From Basidiobolus meristosporus CBS 931.73 (lineage: Eukaryota; Fungi; Basidiobolomycota), in assembly GCA_002104905.1 (NCBI GenBank), contig MCFE01000646.1, forward strand, positions 1 to 50,075: a stretch of 50,075 nucleotides of DNA. The letters run 5' to 3'. The number at the start of each line of letters is the position of its first letter. Positions within the stretch are counted from its first letter, which is position 1. Shown here piece after piece: positions 46,515 to 50,075 of this stretch. Made by a program: the position numbers and the translations under genes. A model generated the notes under the pieces. That model saw only the letters and a list, made by a program, of their open reading frames with translations. It was not told the DNA's origin and did not search any database.

Positions 46515-49500
46515 CAAGCTGTCACTCTCTGCAATGTCTACTACTGCTATTACTGGAATTTTTCCCTCTGCTGAAAAGCTGGATGGCTCTAACTACCAAG
46601 TGTGGAAGGTGAAGATGAAGATGCTGCTACAAGAAAGAGGCCTTTGGGATATTGTCATGGGAGAAGAATGCCCTCCTAAAAACGTGGGAGAGGAAGCCTT
46701 AAAGTACCAGAAGAAAGAACAAAGTGCCTTTAACTGCATTTGCCTTAATGTTAAAGACAAATTGCTAATTCAATGCTCAAGAGCAAAAATGGCAAAGAAT
46801 GCCTGGAAGGCATTAGAAGACACCTACCTGCCATGTTCAGCTGCTAAGAAAATGTATCTGAGACAAAAATTCTTTACTACAAAGATGCTGCCATGGGAAT
46901 AAATGTAAAATCTAATTAACAGAATTACCCTGCTGGTAGATGAGATGGAATCTGTGGGCATACAAACTACTGATGAGGATGTGATGGTTACCATCCTGAA
47001 TAGCCTGACAGACAAGTTTCAGGGCCTTGTATCAGCCTTAGATTCCAGAACTGAAGATTTGACCTTAAATTACATATATGGAAGGCTCCTGGATTAAGAA
47101 TAAAGAAAATCAAGTGCCAATAAGATGGAAGAAGAAAATGCTTTAATAATCAATGATAACCAGCAAAGGGGGTACCCGAGACCCTATAAAGGCAACAGCA
47201 ACCTGTTTTGCAACTACTGCAAAAGGAAAGGACACACATCAGACTGGTGCTTCAAAAAGAAAGATGGTCAGCAGAAAAAGCCTGGATATGGAAATGCTGC
47301 AACAACTGAAGATAGACTATTCATATCTGCACTAAATATGACCACAAACAAGGATTCTCAGATGTGATTTATTGACTCTGGAGCATCTCAACACTTTACA
47401 CACCAAAAAGAACTTTTAACCCAATATCAAGTAAACCTTAGTAGCAGTGAAGGAAGCCATACACTGACCTTTAAAGAAGTACTCTACGTACCGGAAATAG
47501 CAAAGAACCTACTCTCTGTAAGCAATGCCACAGCAGAACGACTCAGATTCAGTTTTGACAATTCTGGATGCAGGATCACTGATCAAAATGGTGCTCATAT
47601 TGCTTTGGGCATCAGAGATCAGTATCCATACAAGTTGACTTATATTCCATCATATTTGGAAGCCAATATAAGTAACTTAAATGAAGAAACACCAATGCTT
47701 TGGCAGAGTAGATTTGGACACATCAATTTTGATTATTTGCGTAAAGTGATCAAAGATCAGCTAATTTCTGGAGTGAAAATTGATCCCCCAGCTAATTTGG
47801 AGCACTGTGAAGCCTGCATATATGGGAAACAAGTCAGACAACCGTTCAAGAGCTCTGGGTTAATCAAAACTAAGAAAAAATTTGATCTAATTCACTCAGA
47901 TCTGTGTGGACCTATGCAAAATTTATCCTTAGGCGGGATGAAGTATTTAATCACTTTTATTGATGATTATATAAGGTATACATTGGTCTACTTCATGGAG
48001 AGAAAGGAAGAAGCTCTGTCTAAGTTCAGGGAGTTTAAAGCCATGTTGGAGAGAGAAACTGGTGAAAAAATCAAGAAAATATGCTCTGACAATGGTGAAG
48101 AATATACCTCAAAACTCTTCATCCACTTCTGCAAAATTCATGGGATAAAGCAAGAGACTACTGTACCATACTCCCCACAGAAAAATGAAGTAGCAGAATG
48201 TGCTAACAAATCAATAATTGATATGGCAAGATCTATGATCCATGATCAAAAATTATCCTATGATTTTTGGGCAGAATCAGTTGCCACTGCTGTATACCTT
48301 AAAAATAGGAGTTATAACAGAATACTTTGTGATTCTACTCCATTTGAAGCATGGTATGGATACAGACCAAGTGCAGAACATCTAAGAATATTTGGGTGTA
48401 CAGCATATGCCAAGAAACTGCCTGGAAATCAGTCAAAATTTGAGCCAAAAAGTGTAAAATGTATTTTTTTGGGTTACTGCAATGAGAGTAAAGCATTCAG
48501 ACTCTGCAATACCAAAGCAAAGAAGCTAATCAAGTCCAGGGATGTGTTGTTTGATGAAAATTCAAAACTTTCACAAAAAATGACATTAGGCAATGCCAAA
48601 AATCTGATCCCAAGTCCACCAATTGTCAAGATTGAGTCAGAGCAAAACAATGAAAATTTTTTCACTCCAGAGAGCTCTACAACCATGGTTCAGCCAGAAT
48701 CAGTGCCCAAGAATATCCCAGAAGTGATTATTCTAGTATCAAACAACCAGAGATCCAATTGGACAAGAAATAGTCCAAAGTACTATATCAATGAGGGTAC
48801 AAACTTAGCCTATGCCTATTCAGTCCATATTGATGAACCCCAGACTGTAAAAGAGGCCCTAAATGGCCCTCAGACAAAGTTTTGGAGTTCTTCAATGACT
48901 GAGGAATATCAGGCCCTGATGGAAAATCAAACTTGGGACTTGTTCAAATTACCAATCAACTAAAAATCAATTGGATGCAGATGGGTCTTAAAGACAAAAT
49001 GCAAGGCTGATGGTACAATTGAAAGATACAAAGCAAGACTTGTGGCCAAAGGATACTCTCAAACAAAAGGATTTGACTATACTGAGACCTTTGCACCAGT
49101 AGCCAAGTTTAATTCCATCAGATTAATATCGGCTATTGCAGCCACATATAAGTTTTTTATTCATCAAATGGATGTAAAAACTGCATTTTTGAATGGAGAA
49201 CTTGATGAGGACGTGTATATGGACCAGCCTGATGGGTTTGTTGACCAATATAACCCTCTTTTGGTCTGCAAGCTTAAAGATGTTGTATTTCCACCTAAAT
49301 ATTCACCTAACTTAGTCACTTAGATCATCACCTTCAAATCCTAGAGAATACTGACCAAAATCCCTTGTTGGGATTTACTTAGAATATTTTCACCAAAATA
49401 CCAGGTACCCAGAACAAGAACATTCTCAAAGTTGTCCTAACAGCCCCAAACTTTGCACATATGTTCTTAGGACCTTCCTTAACCTATTCTACATGTCTGT

Positions 49501-50075
49501 AATGCCAAGACCTTGTAAAAGTATAAATACTACTTTTACATTCAATAAATCATTAAGTGAAAACCACATAATCTACTTGTCTTCCCAATCACTTCCAATA
49601 TCTCCAAGACTCTTACAACAAAAAAGTCTCTATATAGTCTTAAATAATCACCAAGAGCCTGGAATTGAAAGATAGATTCTTATTTCAAATCTTTGAGTTT
49701 CAAAAAGAGTAATACTGACTATAGTATATACTATAAGCCAGATAGAGCAAATCTAGTTCTATTAGCTCTATTTGTGGATGATCTTATTACAGCCACCAAT
49801 AACCTAGAAACACTGGAAGAGACTAAATCCAGCCTATCTAAGGAGTTCAAGATATCAATCTAGGAGAGCTCAGTTACTACTTAGAGATTAAGTTCTCCAT
49901 AGACAGATGTACCCAGACTAGTACCCTAAGCCAATGCAAGTATATTCAGGATATACTAAAGAAGTACATAATGGAAGACTGTAAATGGGCACCTACCCCA
50001 ATGGAGACAAACCTCAACTTGGTCAAAACTCAACCAATTCAAGAGAGCATGGTGCCATCTAAAAGCCCTGACCTT
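46507..50075 (+). pseudogene. Copia gag-pol of copy 2, fragmented
   Basis: ORF pieces 46507-46902, 47125-47367, 47605-48963 and 49042-49280. In-frame stops, a 71-bp deletion in the protease region, and a solo-LTR insertion in RT. Confidence 0.93.
49281..49620 (+). repeat. Solo LTR nested in the RT region of copy 2
   Basis: TGTTGTA...TACAACA, 340 bp (10-bp deletion near its 5' end). RT sequence resumes at 49621 as in copy 1 (~3751). Flanks AAAGA/AAAAA are a 4/5 TSD. Confidence 0.93.

Larger units (their letters stand above)
45790..50075 (+). mobile_element. Ty1/copia copy 2 (same family as copy 1), defective, runs off the window end; carries two nested solo LTRs
   Basis: 5' LTR, PBS, gag (zinc knuckle CNYCKRKGHTSDWC), PR DSGA, IN (HSDLCGPM, SDNGEEY) and RT (ARLVAKGY, HQMDVKTAFLNG). 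Colinear with copy 1. Confidence 0.97.

Overview
Eukaryotic, fungal-type DNA with short GT-AG introns (about 50-130 nt); the gene content suggests an early-diverging fungus (inference). A CpG-rich gene island (about 7.7-45.2 kb) sits between two CpG-depleted blocks of Ty1/copia retrotransposon debris. The island holds an intronless degenerate-ankyrin ORF, an aldo-keto reductase pseudogene, an intronless ST7-like/bacterial-type TPR gene, a FYVE-less LST2 homologue, a small mitochondrial membrane protein, a forkhead TF, nucleoporin TPR/Mlp1, casein kinase I, a Yap1-like bZIP, ORC1, an orphan disordered protein and BORCS6. The strongest oddities are: solo LTRs nested in their own family with 5-bp TSDs (including an LTR inside an LTR); a Ty5/copia-type half-tRNA-iMet PBS that contains the gag ATG; CG/TG/CA variation at one homologous LTR site; an ORC1 with no room for a BAH domain; and an in-frame TAG at the 5' end of the Yap1-like gene. 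All homology calls are from motif recognition by eye; no database searches were run.
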